A stretch of DNA of 63,659 nucleotides, filler included, from Lenisia limosa (Eukaryota; Protista; Breviatea), in assembly GCA_001655205.1 (NCBI GenBank). It is 15 parts of 15 records of this genome, joined end to end, with 100 filler letters (N's around TTAATTAATTAA, not from the genome) between each part and the next. Parts side by side here need not be neighbours in the genome. Positions count along the whole stretch, not along the records: positions 1 to 23,677 come from LPNZ01008770.1; 14 more parts are not named here. The stretch is one strand, 5' to 3'. Within the stretch, counting starts at the first letter, position 1, and the number at the start of each line of letters is the position of its first letter. The translations under genes and the position numbers were made by a program. Positions 1 through 13,536 of this stretch are shown here, piece by piece. The notes beneath the pieces were generated by a model. That model did no database searches. It was given only the letters and a program-made list of their open reading frames with translations, and was not told the DNA's origin.

Positions 1-60
1 TATGTTAATAATGCCACTGTGTACTGTTATGTTAATAATGCCACTGTGTACTGTTATGTT
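1..60. repeat. 27-bp tandem duplication (2.2 copies), intronic
   Basis: Unit TATGTTAATAATGCCACTGTGTACTGT at 1-27, 28-54 and partially at 55-60. Confidence 0.9.
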
Positions 61-709
61 GGACATTTCTCTTCATAAATCCCCTATATTTCTCTCCTCC
101 CCCACTGTCACACTTGTTCGGAACTGTTTGAAACTTTGTATCATCTCAGGGTTCTGTCTCTCTTTTTTCACGATTCAAAAACAGGATTTTACCCCCCCCC
201 CCCATAAAGTGATGGGATGNNNNNNNNNNNNNNNNNNNNNNNNNNNNNNNNNNNNNNNNNNNNNNNNNNNNNNNNNNNNNNNNNNNNNNNNNNNNNNNNN
301 NNNNNNNNNNNNNNNNNNNNNNNNNNNNNNNNNNNNNNNNNNNNNNNNNNNNNNNNNNNNNNNNNNNNNNNNNNNNNNNNNNNNNNNNNNNNNNNNNNNN
401 NNNNNNNNNNNNNNNNNNNNNNNNNNNNNNNNNNNCCATTACTCTTTAAATCAGGCTCACAGATCAGAAAAAATCTCGGATAACATGATTTATGCAACTG
501 ACTTCTGCCTCTTTCATCATTTGAATCAAGGGTATTATTAGTATATAATATGATATATAGACATGTATGTATATATGATATATAGCAAGGGAAACAATAT
601 ATGTAATATCTCAAGACGCGTTAGATTGTAATACCTGATGGAGCCAATTGTTTTATTTGAGAGAAAGAGGATTGTCCGTCCTTCACTGGCTCCTTTTTTA
701 CACCCGCAG

Positions 710-3700
710 GAAAGACGACCCTCCTCGACGTCATTGCCAGCAAGAAAAACACGGGCAAAATCTCCGGTGACGTCCTGTTCAATGGCCAATCAGATAGTGG
801 GGGAGGATTGGCNNNNNNNNNNNNNNNNNNNNNNNNNNNNNNNNNNNNNNNNNNNNNNNNNNNNNNNNNNNNNNNNNNNNNNNNNNNNNNNNNNNNNNNN
901 NNNNNNNNNNNNNNNNNNNNNNNNNNNNNNNNNNNNNNNNNNNNNNNNNNNNNNNNNNNNNNNNNNNNNNNNNNNNNNNNNNNNNNNNNNNNNNNNNNNN
1001 NNNNNNNNNNNNNNNNNNNNNNNNNNNNNNNNNNNNNNNNNNNNNNNNNNNNNNNNNNNNNNNNNNNNNNNNNNCTATTATGGGCTATGTTGAGCAATTT
1101 GACTTCCATGAGTCTTCAGTATGATGGGGTATTTTTCAGATAAATCTGCACTCTATAAATGTAAGCTGAACTTTGAATAATATATTATACTATGTGTACA
1201 TGTACATATGTAGTATATATCATATCTAGATATACTATATTATACATATATAGCCTGGATATATCATCCTTGATCGTCTTCCCTTCAAAACCAAGACTCT
1301 GCGTTCCTTTGACACTATTACCCATGAAATACTTAGCCGTCGGGAATTCCTTGATAAATTAATCCCATCACCCTAATACTTACCTCTAGGCCACAGTACG
1401 CGAAGCTGTCCGATTTGCCGCTCTCAACCGTCTTCCCCGCGAACACACAAAGAAGGAAAAGGTATGCGACTGCCTAACGAGCGCTGCAGATATCGAGATT
1501 GTAGTAAAAAAGATGAGTGATATTTTTATTTATTTCCTTTATTGTTTTTTGTTTTGTTTTGTTTTTTGTATATAAAATTCGTGTTTATAGTTGATTTTGC
1601 ATACATTCTCTTTCTTGTTTACCCCCTTTCCCCAGCTTGCATGGGCTGATGATGTAATTGAACGAATGGGCCTCACCAACTTCGCAGACACACAGGGTAC
1701 CCGGGGCTAGTCTTAGGCCTGGATAGACTGTTTAATATTCGCATTATGAGAATTTAATTATGAATAATGCCCAAACGAGGGCGGCGGGGGGGCAGTTTCT
1801 ACTCGAGGCTCACAGATATCTTTGCTGTAACGCTGTCAGTCGGTCTTCCCGGCGCTGGTCTTCCTGCCGAGGCAAGAAAGAGACTCACCATCGCGGTCGA
1901 ACTGGCCGGTTCGGGGGGGGGGTTAGGCATTAGGCTATGGTGTTGCTCGGGATAATCTTGAGCTTGTTATTCCTCTATTATACTATGTGGCATTGGACAG
2001 TTACAATTGGTATTATAGTCGCCCCCTTACCCTCCACAGCCAACCCCTCTGTTCTGTTCCTTGACGAGCCCTCCACCGGCCTGGACTCCAAGGCCGCTGA
2101 GAGTGTCATGCAGCATGTCGCTAAAATCGCCGAGGCTGGCGCAACGGGTGGGCTGGTGTTTCGCTTGATGAACTCTCAGTTGTGTAAGGTTTACAATTTT
2201 ACTATTCTAATCCAATATCTTTTATAAGCGTGATGTGATAGAGATATTCCCTTGACAACCACTCGGTGTTTTTCGGATTCTGCTTTTTCAGTATCTTCCA
2301 TTTTAAAACGGTTTGGATGCTTCAACTAATGACAACTTGTGTATTACTTCTCTTTTAATTAGTTACACTCTAGTCATCTGCACCATCCATCAGCCCAGTG
2401 CCCGTATCTTTGACCTTTTCTCGCACGTTCTTGTGATGATGCGGTCCAGGCGCCAAGTCGGTGAACTTGCCTATTACGATACTATTGGTACCGAGTGAGC
2501 GGGGGAGGTATAACATATGACGATTTCAAAAGGCTCTGAAATATGTTCCTTTTTTATGTAGCTACAGAATTTTGTGATAGGTTTTTCTATTTCCCATAAA
2601 TTGGTTTGTTTTTTAAAAAAAATATGAAAAACACGACCCTCACACTCAGTGCCACCGATGTTGTGATGTACATGGCCGAATTGGGGGCAATTTGTCCTCC
2701 GGAAGCGAACCCCTCTGACTTCCTCCTCAATACCCTCCAACCAGCTTCCGAGGCTGCTCAGAGTTTGAGGGCAACATGGAAACCATGGCATTCACATCTC
2801 AGGAAATTGAAATTGATGAGATGGCAATAAAGCCTATATAAGATGGTAGTAAAGCCCATAAGCCCCTCACTATCCAGATCATGACATTCCTCTGCGTTAC
2901 AAGTCGCTCCGGAAGGAATGCCCCGCCCTGCCTGTCTCCGCTGACCGTCTCAAACCCGTTAAACACCTTGGTTTCTTCGCCTCGTTTGCCAGCGTCTTGA
3001 AGAGAGGGCTCAACTCTCTGTACAGGTAGGCAGGGTTTGAGGGTTTTCAGCACTTCGTAATGTGTTAATGGGTTCGATAGTGGCTGGAATGTCTGTGGTC
3101 GAAAAGACGGAAAAGGTCGATATTTTTGGAAGATTCACTCTTTTTTGGGGAAGTGAAGCGCATGTTTTTTTTCTTGGATGAAAATAACAAGTCTCTAAAA
3201 CAGTCCTTGATTGTTCGCAGAAGAAACTTTATTAAACCTTGACCACTTAGAATTCCGCCCTACGTATCATGATATAAATAACCACTCCAGAAGCCCAAAG
3301 TTCTTCTACCCCTCCCTCCTTCGCCAGGTTGTTCTTTCGCTCCTTCTTGGTACTCTGTATGAGGGATGGCTGGTATTTATGGTACTCTGTATGAGGGACG
3401 TTTGCTTGCATGCCTGGTGTTTATGGTACTCTGTATGAGGGACGTTTGCTTGCATGCCTGGTATTTAAAATAATGTTTGATGTTTGTTTTGTTGTTTTCA
3501 ACCCTCGTGTGCTTCTCAAATGTTTAGTTGCCAACAGAGCTAATTTTGTGTTTCGTACATTTTCCACTTTTACCCCCCCCCCCCNNNNNNNNNNNNNNNN
3601 NNNNNNNNNNNNNNNNNNNNNNNNNNNNNNNNNNNNNNATTGCCCTTGTCTGAGGGCTAAAGTGGAAAAGTTTTGATACTCATCAGTAAATTCACCAATG

Positions 3701-5165
3701 TCACACTGGACTGGATTGTATGCATACCTCTCATTAAGCAGCTCTTCTTTGTTGTCATTGTTGCCGGCTTCAACGCCATCGCCTCTATCCCTGATGTTGC
3801 AATTAACCGTCCTATCTTCTTCCGAGAGCTTGGGTCAAGAACATACCCTGTAGGGAGGGCGTAACCATATCATAAGGAACAACTGTCACAGTGTTCTTCT
3901 GTTTTTGTTGTTTTCTGTGGCTGATTTCTTTGTGTAGTCCACCGCCGGATATCTTAAATCCTAGTTTCAAAAAAGGCTTGACTGCAAATAATCATTAACA
4001 AATAACTCACTCCCAGGCCCTTGCATATGGCCTCACCCTCGTCCTTCGTGAGCTTCCCCTCACCATGACGGCCAATTTCGTCTTCGCACTCCTCATTGTT
4101 CCTCTGGCCGGCCTCAATATGGCTGCTGATCGCTGGGTGTTCTTCATTTTCATTGTGTTCTTCACGCAGCTTGCGATCAACGTTATCTTTGTGGTATGCT
4201 GCGAGAGGAGGGCAATAAGATTCGAATTGAATCTTCAGTCCCATGTATTATTGTGTGGTCGAGAACTAACGTCAACTGAACGTTCCTATCATTTTGGCCT
4301 ACTAACCACCCAGTTTGTTGCAGTTATGAGTCCCAATGCCGAAACTGCTGTGGCTATTACACCACCCATCTTCATGTCGTTCACTACGCTTGCTGGATTG
4401 TAAGGGGTGGGGCAATTGCTTTTCTTGGTGTTGGCCCAACTCAGAATCATGACAGTGCTTTCTGTATGATATGACCTTTTAGTATTATCCCCCCTGGAGA
4501 CATCCCGTGGTACTGGAAGTGGCTGCATTACGTCTCACCTCTCACGTGGGCTGGGAAGAAAGGGATTATTCCCTCATATTGTCTCAGTGAAGCCATGCAT
4601 CATTAGTGTTGAAGGGCGCCGTTCTTATATTGATATTTTTTCAAACGTATCACAGTAGCATGGCGGCTAACCATCTCAGGTACACTTTGGAGGCTCTGGT
4701 CACCAACGAGATGGAGGATATGGAATTCGAGTGCCCTAACGGAGAAGGCGAAGTCACCATCCCAGTCAACCCGGTGAGAGGACTACCATGGGGCTTCGAC
4801 ACAATTTATTTATTTTTATTATTTTTTTATATTATATTTTTTTCTTATAATAAAACACAATTCAAGCCCAATTGACTGTTTCTGACTCGGAGTAGGAACT
4901 AGGACAAGTGTTCAACTTCTGCCCCATTACCGATGGCAACACCGTTATTGAGCAGTACGAGATGGACCCGGATCACAAGTATAGAGGTATGGGGGGGGGG
5001 GGGNNNNNNNNNNNNNNNNNNNNNNNNNNNNNNNNNNNNNNNNNNNNNNNNNNNNNNNNNNNNNNNNNNNNNNNNNNNNNNNNNNNNCTCCTCGGTGTTG
5101 CAGTGATTGTGTTCATGATGTTGATCAACTTGGCCCTCAAATATCGCCGTACTGTGAAAAGATAG
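710..5165 (+). CDS. PDR/ABCG-type ABC transporter, C-terminal NBD+TMD half (5' partial, about 17 exons)
   Basis: Spliced exons give GKTTLLDVIASKKNTGKISGDVLFNG (Walker A), [41 protein letters not shown] (signature/Walker B), ICTIHQPS (H-loop), NPSDFLL, RPIFFRE, PWYWKWLHYVSPLTYTLEALVTNE; ends ...KYRRTVKR-TAG at 5165. Confidence 0.93.
3349..3466 (+). repeat. Tandem duplication of exon end plus 5' splice donor (3 copies of GGTACTCT|GTATGAGGGA, periods 32 and 44 bp)
   Basis: Copies start at 3349, 3381 and 3425; the last two share 40 bp. Confidence 0.88.
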
Positions 5166-6018
5166 TGTGTTCAGGTTTTTTTTATGATACACATCTCTAC
5201 TGATTGCTCACTGGGCCTTTTTTGTAAGAGGGTGAACGTGATGGACAGAAACACTTCGCTTGTCTGACTATATCCATTCTATCAGTTAGACTACTAGGGA
5301 AACCTTGTTAGGCTCACACAAAATAATATTATTTGTTCAGAATACATAAAACATCAGAGGCGACCATACTCAAAACTGATCATTAGATCCACGTCAAAAT
5401 CTCCTTTGCCACTGACACAAACCCCGTTTCCTGAGGGCGACCATGAAACTCCAGCAATTGGACTTTTTTATTGCTAGAGAGGGGGGGGGGGGGGTTNNNN
5501 NNNNNNNNNNNNNNNNNNNNNNNNNNNNNNNNNNNNNNNNNNNNNNNNNNNNNNNNNNNNNNNNNNNNNNNNNNNNNNNNNNAAAATGGAAATAATCATC
5601 ATAAATTACTAGTAGATATCTAGCTATATGAAAAATCAGATTTCAATGATGTTAACGCTGAAGTCAGCCCCCTGTCATAATTTAAGTAGGCAGTCATAAT
5701 AGTCAGACTGGTCTTGACGTTTCAGGCCCGAACCCGTCATTAAAGTGCCGAAAGCACCAAAGCTCAACATTATGGCACATGAACGTGACATCAATGATGT
5801 GGAATTTTATCTTAACTATTTTTTTCTTTTATTACAGATTGGTGTGATAATTTCATTTGCTGTTTTCTCTTAGCAGGATATGTTACATCACAGGAGCACC
5901 CATTTGGTCAGCTACGGTTCCACAGGAAACCCTGTGTTGTGCATATGACAGTAAATTTGAGTGTAACTAGCTGTTAATGTCACTGACTCGAAATGCTACC
6001 TATTTAACACACGTTCAG

Positions 6019-6134
6019 ATAAACATGGAGTAGGCTGCTCATACATTCCGTTCACCAATAAACATGGAGTAGGCTGCTCATACATTCCGTTCACCAATAA
6101 ACATGGCTGCTCATACATTCCGTTCACCAATAAA
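6019..6134. repeat. 39-bp tandem repeat, 3 copies (third has a 6-bp deletion)
   Basis: ATAAACATGGAGTAGGCTGCTCATACATTCCGTTCACCA at 6019, 6058 and 6097. Confidence 0.9.
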
Positions 6135-6438
6135 AAAACGGTTTCAACAAAATTGGTTGGCTAGATGCGAAGATAAACACAAAGGTAGGATTTTTTAGAC
6201 TCCCTATACTTTTCTGTTGATACTTTCATTCATTTGCGCAATTCTTCTCTCCAGTTTTGTGAATCGAGCAAATACTATGTCGTGTTTCGCCTCTAGTTGC
6301 ACGTTACGAGTGTGAACGGTGTCTATTTTGCGCTGTCTGGTGTATTTTAAATAAATGCAGACTTGACAGTTGCAAAGTGACTAAAGCCTTAAGAAACGAA
6401 AGAATAAACAGAATTGATGGAGATGTAATGGATAAGCG

Positions 6439-9221
6439 TTATAGCATCGTAATTTCCTTATTTTGGAATTCTTTCTCCTGAACCATGGTGTCCTTATCGG
6501 CAGTAAGGGCCTTTCGGTCTCTTTCAAGGGGAATTGTGACTTTTGTTTTTTGTTACAAATTTCAAAATTCATGAAAAAATAATTTTTAATTAAATAATTC
6601 CCCTGAATATTGTTCATTTGAGGGAAAAACAAATGAGACCGTTTATGATTATTTCACATAACAAAAAATATTATGAATCACTTAACAGTTGCAAACCAAG
6701 TCCCAAACTGATTTTTGTGGGGTCAACACCAACTAGCTATCCATCCAAACATACATAGTTTCAATGAAATTCGAGAATTGTCTTGTTTTTGGTTTCATTC
6801 CGCGATTCGACCTCCAATTACATCAATGAAAGTCACCCCCATTGTGAGAAGGTTGCTTTTGCTACTTTTGTACCCTCAGCAATTGGAAGGGCGGAAGACG
6901 GTTTTTTTTGCGATTTCCCTCTCGCCTAACGTGTACTAAACAATATAATAATTGGATAGTTGGATCTGTAAAAGTGATATGATGTGCAGCAAACGTCTCC
7001 AAGTTACATCTTACAATTTTCTCATCAATTTACCATTCACATTCACTCCTCTTTCTGATAGTACATGTCAAAACGGTTTTTGCTTACGCATTTCAAATAG
7101 GATAAGTCTAATGGACTGCATGCTTCATAAAGCACACTACTTTACCTCGGTTAATACTGTGTAATGGTATAACCATTCTCTTTGGACCGAAAACAGCCGT
7201 TGAAACCCGAGTTGAATGTTCAGTCATTTATCCAGAACCACCGAACCGTCACTACTCGGCCCCTTCACTAGTCAGGAAGGCGCCCCCTGCCCAGAGCCGC
7301 TCGTATTCGCCTCCAGCTACCTACAGGGTCAAATGGCATGCACATGGATTGAATATCACAAAATGAATAGACATTCTGTTACTAGCCTCTTTTGAACCAA
7401 GTTGTCCGGTATGAGAGCACATTATTCGAAGTCGAGTGCAATTGTTTACTTTGGAATAGGGTATTTTCCAGGTATGTACAATCCCGACCTGCTTGTATAC
7501 AGGATCGCATGCATACTCTTCCTTGGCTCTAGCTTGGGTTTGTTCGAGAATGTTCTGATCAATGAGGTTCGCTTCCTCAATCAGAATCCGTAAGAACTCA
7601 TGCTGAATCTGAAAAGTTAGACAAGGGATAGGAAAAAGAGAAGCGACTGGAATTAAGAACCGAACTGAATCTGTACCATTTCGAAGGACGTAGACGTCGG
7701 AAAGACATCCCATGATATGTTGAGCAGTTTGTGCTCAAAAGCCCTCAAGGAGTCTTCTTCAACTTGACGGTCCTTTAGTGTTAGATTAACGCTATAATTA
7801 TGTCAACCAATTGATTATCAGTGTATTGAACAAATATCTAATATTCTTACAATTATTACACGATAATCACACGTGTATCTGATCATTTCAAACCCCGCTT
7901 ACACCTGTCAAACTGTTGAAAGCTCCGATAGCCTAAAGAGTCATTGCAACATGATACCATTATTATTAAGACTTAATACTTACTTGTATTTGCCGTAAGA
8001 ACTGATGGCATATAGCCGACTGTAATGTGAATGACACAATGTATTTAACAATAATGATCAAAGAAAAATGTATGTGTACTTAAAAACACAAATAACTTGA
8101 CCCAAAACAACTGGATTTTCCACCCAACGTTGTATCGTTCTGTCAACGAATTGAAAGGCTCTGTTGGCATGTGACAGAACTGCATAAACTCGGCCCTCAT
8201 AAGCTACATTGTTGTCAGATTAGACAATAAAAATATAATGTTTACTCAAATACATGATATGATGTTTATATGAAGAGTAGTGGGATACACATACAGGTGA
8301 TGATACAAACGACTTCTGTCACTTTTCAGTTCATTATATTTTAATATGCCCACCTCTTCCGGTGTTTTTGGTTTTACTGGAATCCGGCATGTGTTGAAGG
8401 GGGTCTGAATTGTGTGACATTCAGCATTGCTGGTATCTATACCAATAGTTTACTCAAGTTCTTGATATTCTCCGGCCACTGTGGCTCCTTATTCAATTAA
8501 ACTGCCTACAGTGCACCTCATGTGACGTTGTACTGATGCTTCATGCTCAAAACTGTCGGGATGGTGCTGAAGATATGAATACATTGTAACTGGAAAGTAG
8601 ACTGTATTATATGTGTGGACAATGATACATGTGTTAAGCGATACTACTTTCATCGAAATGCAGTCAAGCCATAGGTTTCAATTGCGTGTAATTGAAATGA
8701 AAGAGCTCCCGAAACTTACCAGGTCAGTATCATGATGGGTGCTCATTGGCTGGAATGTTTCCCACTGAACTTTGCCCAGACCTGGAGACATGACCTGCTT
8801 CGGTTAACCTTTGCTCAGAGACTAGTATAATGTCAATAGCTGACAGAAATGTAACTTTTGAAAATAAAAATCAGCGGGGAAGCAAGAAGGGAATGCTATG
8901 TGACCACGCCAACCCACCAATAGTTCTTTATTTTCACGGACTGCATGCGAAACAGGCCCCATATGGAGGAAGTTCTAATAATGATAAGGTCAGTTTACAA
9001 TGTTGTGTTTCATAACATTCAAAGTCAGTGTACAATGTCAATCCTAATCAATCTACTGAGGGTCATTATATAGTGTCACATTACAATTCAAGTTCATGCA
9101 TTTCACAAGTTGAGAACCAAAAGCGGATAAAGAGGCCGATTTCATTGATGTCATAATTTGACTAATAGCAAAAGTGCCTTCAAACTCATACCGCAGTGGC
9201 ATTCTTCATTTTTTGCATCAT
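6439..9221 (-). CDS. Multi-exon hypothetical protein, no recognised domain; 3' end uncertain
   Basis: Phase-compatible GT-AG exons: MMQKMKNATA / NFLHMGPVSHAVRENKELL / VMSPGLGKVQWETFQPMSTHHDTDL / HHPDSFEHEASVQRHM ... DRQVEEDSLRAFEHKLLNISWDVFPTSTSFEM / IQHEFLRILIEEANLIDQNILEQTQARAKEEYACDPVYKQ / VAGGEYERLWAGGAFLT; ATG in TCAAA-ATG context. Confidence 0.55.
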
Positions 9222-9493
9222 TTTGAAGGAGATTGCTCTTATAAGAGGGTTTGAAAAGGGAAATGGGGGATACTCTCACTAAAATACGATCACTGATAAA
9301 ATATATGCTATTCAACAATTTAGAAAGCAAATAATGATGATGTGAGCGAGGAGTGTTTGGGAAAGTGGCTTACAAACATCGACTTGCCATATTTGGTAAG
9401 ACCGGTTGTACTCCCCAGAAGAGCAGTGTATATAAATAGAACGATTTTTGCCCAAATTTTGGTTTTTGATTCTTTGAAATCAGAAAATCTAAG

Positions 9494-11542
9494 ATGGTTA
9501 AATTGTAAGCTCTCGTCTAAAATAACAAATTTAGCAACGCTGATGTCCAAGCTATCATGGCAGCCCAAGATGTCGTCCGTGAGGTGCTTCTTGATCAGTC
9601 AAAGGCAGCTGAAGAGGTACTGAAGCGGACTAATCTTCGAATAAGTATTTCCCCTTCCCCTCCTGGCGTTTCCCCCTAATCCATCACGCCTCCTACTTCT
9701 ATCTGCTCTGCAATGAAAGTAAAAATTGACCTATTCCTTTAGGTGGAGAAGAAATTTTCGGAAAAGCGCATCCCCCTTCAGAGAAAGAGAGATGAGATTT
9801 TGGAACAGATACCTGATTTTTGGCTTACTGCTGTGGGTTGGTCTCTTTTTGCAGCTATGGTCCCACAATAGTTCCTAATTGTAAAAGATGATATTTACTT
9901 GAAGTCTCCCATTCGTGTTTGATTCAATTTATTTTCCTCAGTTCTCTTTCTCTGTTCTTTCCCGTTTTTTCCTGATTTCATCTATTCACTTACAAGCTGG
10001 TGAAGGACCCAATCATCTCCGAACAAATCACTCCTGAGTAAGAGGGAGAGGTCTTCACTTTTTAACGTGATTTTTACATAAATACGGATTATGATCCTTT
10101 TATTCATTGGGGGGGGGGGGGGNNNNNNNNNNNNNNNNNNNNNNNNNNNNNNNNNNNNNNNNNNNNNNNNNNNNNNNNNNNNNNNNNNNNNNNNNNNNNN
10201 NNNNNNNNNNNNNNNNNNNNNNNNNNNNNNNNNNNNNNNNNNNNNNNNNNNNNNNNNNGGTTAAAGTTAAATGGCCTTTTTTGGATTTTATCGATATTAG
10301 CAATTCTAACACTTTTGTGGAGATAGCAAAAGGCTTTTAATGGTACTGACCTTTTAGGGATATGGAGTGTTTGAGCTTCCTGAAGGGCATCAAATGCTCA
10401 GAGTTGGCATCGTTAACATCGATGGCAGTTACGTTCGTCTTCAAAACGAACCCCTACTTTGAGAATAAGGAGCTGACAAAGACTATCCAGTATGTTTGCC
10501 TAATATGGGTTATTGTTGTTGTTTTTTTTCTCATCTTTATCTATTGCATACTTTGCTTCGCTTTGGGAAGAATATATGTTTTACTGGGGGGAGGGGTCCA
10601 TAAATATGGTGAAATTCCCGTATTGAGAGCCTTAACCCTGCAGCATTGGTGATGATATTGCCGTCACAAACACTCCTATTGAATGGAAGGAGGGCAAGTC
10701 TCTTGTGGAAACTACAAAGAGTGGGGAGGGTATCTGCTTTGCAGATAATTATGTAGATTGGACAAACTTCAGTTCGTTACTATGTTGTTTGCGGTATCCG
10801 TAACTGATGAGGATTTCATACTGTAGTTGGAAAGGACGGAAAGAAGAGGGTGAGACCTACCACGTCATTCTTTGAACTGTTCACTGACGAGGTATTTGGC
10901 TGCTTAGCTAGAATAGGCTCTTTAGCACCGATCTGCACATCTGTCAATTTTTCAATATTGATGCTATTGATATCATGGACATATTATCCACATTCTCCTG
11001 AAAGATATGCGTATTATCTAACATAAATCCAATAATTGTTCTTCTGAAATTTCAATTCCTTCATCATATGACGTGATATTAATTATATAGCATATCGTAT
11101 GCTCTCAGCATATTATTATTTGTCTGAAAAGGTGGAATTTGGACTTCAGTGGACCTTTTTTACTTATTCCTGATAAAATTGATAAAATCTCCGTATTATA
11201 GTCATTTTTTATCTCCCATGGGTGTTGTATTTAGTCACAATATAGCAAGACGTCTCCTTCGTGAACCTCATTAAGGAGCGTGTTTACGATGACGCCATTG
11301 CAACTTACAATGGCGAATTGGTGGGGGTGTTGATAACATCACTTGCTTCACTAGTCGTATTTCACAAAGTCAATACCGATTAAATTAAAACTTATTCTCT
11401 TCAGGAAGAAGACGAAGATGAGGAGGAAGAGGAGGATAACGAAGGAACATTTGTCGCTGAACTGCAAAAGTTCCAAGAGGAAGCTGATGAGAAGGCCCTC
11501 GCAGAGCAGAAATGGCAAGAGGAGAAAGAAGAGGAGAAATAA
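9494..11542 (+). CDS. NAP/SET family nucleosome assembly protein (histone chaperone)
   Basis: KRIPLQRKRDEILEQIPDFWLTA, TFVFKTNPYFENKELTK, TPIEWKEGKSL, SFFELF, acidic tail EEDEDEEEEEDNE; stop TAA at 11542. Confidence 0.9.
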
Positions 11543-11702
11543 GTTGTTTTTGTACATCTGTTATTCAATTACCCCCCCCCCCACGCGCGGAACTGCAGAG
11601 CATCAAGACTCTGTTAACATTCATAAAGTACTATTATATGCTACATATGATTTCATATTTCAATTGTGGTTTTTTTTGGTGTGTGGAATGCAGGGTTAGG
11701 AA

Positions 11703-11785
11703 TTTGCTTCACTTCCATTGAAAAAGACTGAATCCTCTAAATGTCGATATTTTGCTAATCTTTTTCGAACCGAAGTGAATCACTT
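11703..11785. mobile_element. MITE family A, degenerate copy (between NAP and DUF1764 3' ends)
   Basis: GCTTCACTTCC..AAAAAGACTGAAT...CTTTTTCGAACCGAAGTGAA matches the family A consensus. Confidence 0.7.
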
Positions 11786-11973
11786 ACGAATCCACAGTAC
11801 TGCTCGGTACTCCTGTACATTGTACACAAAATACAGTTGCAAGATGAAGGCACGAGACGCGGATGTTTGTGTGTGATTCTGTAACTGATATTTTGGTCAG
11901 GTATTTAGACTGAAAAGCAATTTAGTCATAATTTACATAATACATTACCTGTGAACCATAGAACCCCTAACAT

Positions 11974-13304
11974 TTAATAACAACAATCACAATCGAACGG
12001 ACACAGCTTAGTGCCACCTCCCTGGCCAAGCTTTAGCTGCTTCTCAGTGAATATCCTGTAGCCCTCCTCAGTTTTCATTTCCTTCTTCCCCCTGAGGTCC
12101 GCAAATGGGTCATCTTCAGGCGCATCAGAAACTCCAGCTATAAGCGTTAGGTCAATGTATGGGTTCTCGTTTCTCTTCTCAAAAGCCAACGATGTGATCA
12201 CAGCCTCATTCAATTGTACATCCAGCGAAACTTTGCCTATCCTACATACAAATAAACTTGCGTCCTTCTTCAAGAACTTCCTCTTCTCCTTCCTGCTGCT
12301 CAGCCTCCTTCTTCCTCTTCTTCTTAAGCTTTCTTTTTTCCGCTTTCATCTACACCATAAAACGGATCTCGAACAATAGAATACAGTACAACACCTACTT
12401 TTTGTGCTTCTTCTTCCACCTTCTTTTTCTCAATGTTTTTAATTTCTGCCTTCTTGGCAAATAAGTCATCAATTTCTGATGAGGTTAATAGCAGCAGCAA
12501 AATTACTTCCTTGGTACCAGGAATAGATCGCAGTATTTCTTTACCAGTAAAAGGGCATATTAAACCAAGAGATTCGATTTCACGATAAATCCTCAACAAT
12601 ACCACGATATTTTATCAGTCTTTTACAAGCCAAACTAAAGCTGGATATGACGTACCTATTACGCCCCCAACACACCAGTAACACTGATGGAATCTTTCTT
12701 CACCTCCGGTACTGCAGCTTTCGACTTCTTCTTCCTCCTCTTCTTAGCCGCCTGGGGGATTAGGAATCATAAGCATCAATATGTTGAAATGATTTAAACA
12801 GCGGGTTGTATTTGGCCTGAGCTGTCAACAACCCCACACCAGATATTTATTATATAGTATCAATTCACCCAAAAATGCCTCACAACTCTGTGTATCTCCC
12901 CCGCATACATTAGTGAGTACCTGTGGATAAAAGATGTTTGTTGGGTCTCTTTATCATATTGACGTATGAAGAAAAAGCCAAAAACTCAAACTATTGCTTG
13001 CTTGAATTATTTTGAAAGCCATAACAATTGTAATAACATTGAAAGGGAATATATCAACATAAAAGAAGATTATTTTGCACCCTTTTGATTGCAGTCATTT
13101 CACTCAAAAACATAAATCAACCAAATGACATTCCTTTCCAACAAACAATTGAAGATGGAGGGTTGCTGACAGGTTCTACTTTACCCTAAACGGGGTCAAT
13201 AAAATAACCTAAAAAACATCAACAAATGACGATGGCTATAAATAAAAACCACATATGAATAAACAGCATTTTAAGGATAGAAATCAGGATACTCGACTCA
13301 CCAT
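11974..13304 (-). CDS. DUF1764-family protein
   Basis: M|AAKKRRKKKSK..., EIDDLFAKK, and C-terminus DDPFADLRGKKEMKTEEGYRIFTEKQLKLGQGGGTKLCPFDCDCCY-TAA, the typical DUF1764 GGGTxxCPFDCxCC ending. Confidence 0.85.
12801..12890. repeat. Dispersed repeat family B copy (intronic)
   Basis: GTTGTATTTGGCCTGAGCTGTCAAC...AATTCACCCAA...CACAACTCTG aligns with the reverse complement of 57139-57230. Confidence 0.65.
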
Positions 13305-13536
13305 GTTAGACCACATGGAAGGCTGATGGGTGAACTTAGTGAAGCAGGCAAACTTCCTCTACTCTTCAAAATTCTGTTTTTCTTTACCACCAACTGATCA
13401 CCAACCAACAATCGTGAAGAAAGAAAGGAAAGGGGACCAAAAAAAAATTGACACAAGCTTCATGATCGATGATCAAGGCACCGTATCTTTGGAATTCAGT
13501 CTTCGTCGACTTCTCTCATTTAGAAGTACGTCTAAG

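Noticed and set aside
2763-2877. In-frame TAA in protein-like text suggesting TAA=Gln recoding in the ABC gene
   Set aside because: A single 115-nt GT-AG intron (CAG A|AT CAT GAC) restores the frame, and TAA/TAG are true stops in NAP, ELO, UBC13 and RPS27
12242-12257. Apparent 16-nt intron in the DUF1764 gene
   Set aside because: A canonical GTATGT donor paired with a CTAAC branch point and TAG acceptor gives a normal intron in the correct phase; the ORF-track protein reads through that intron
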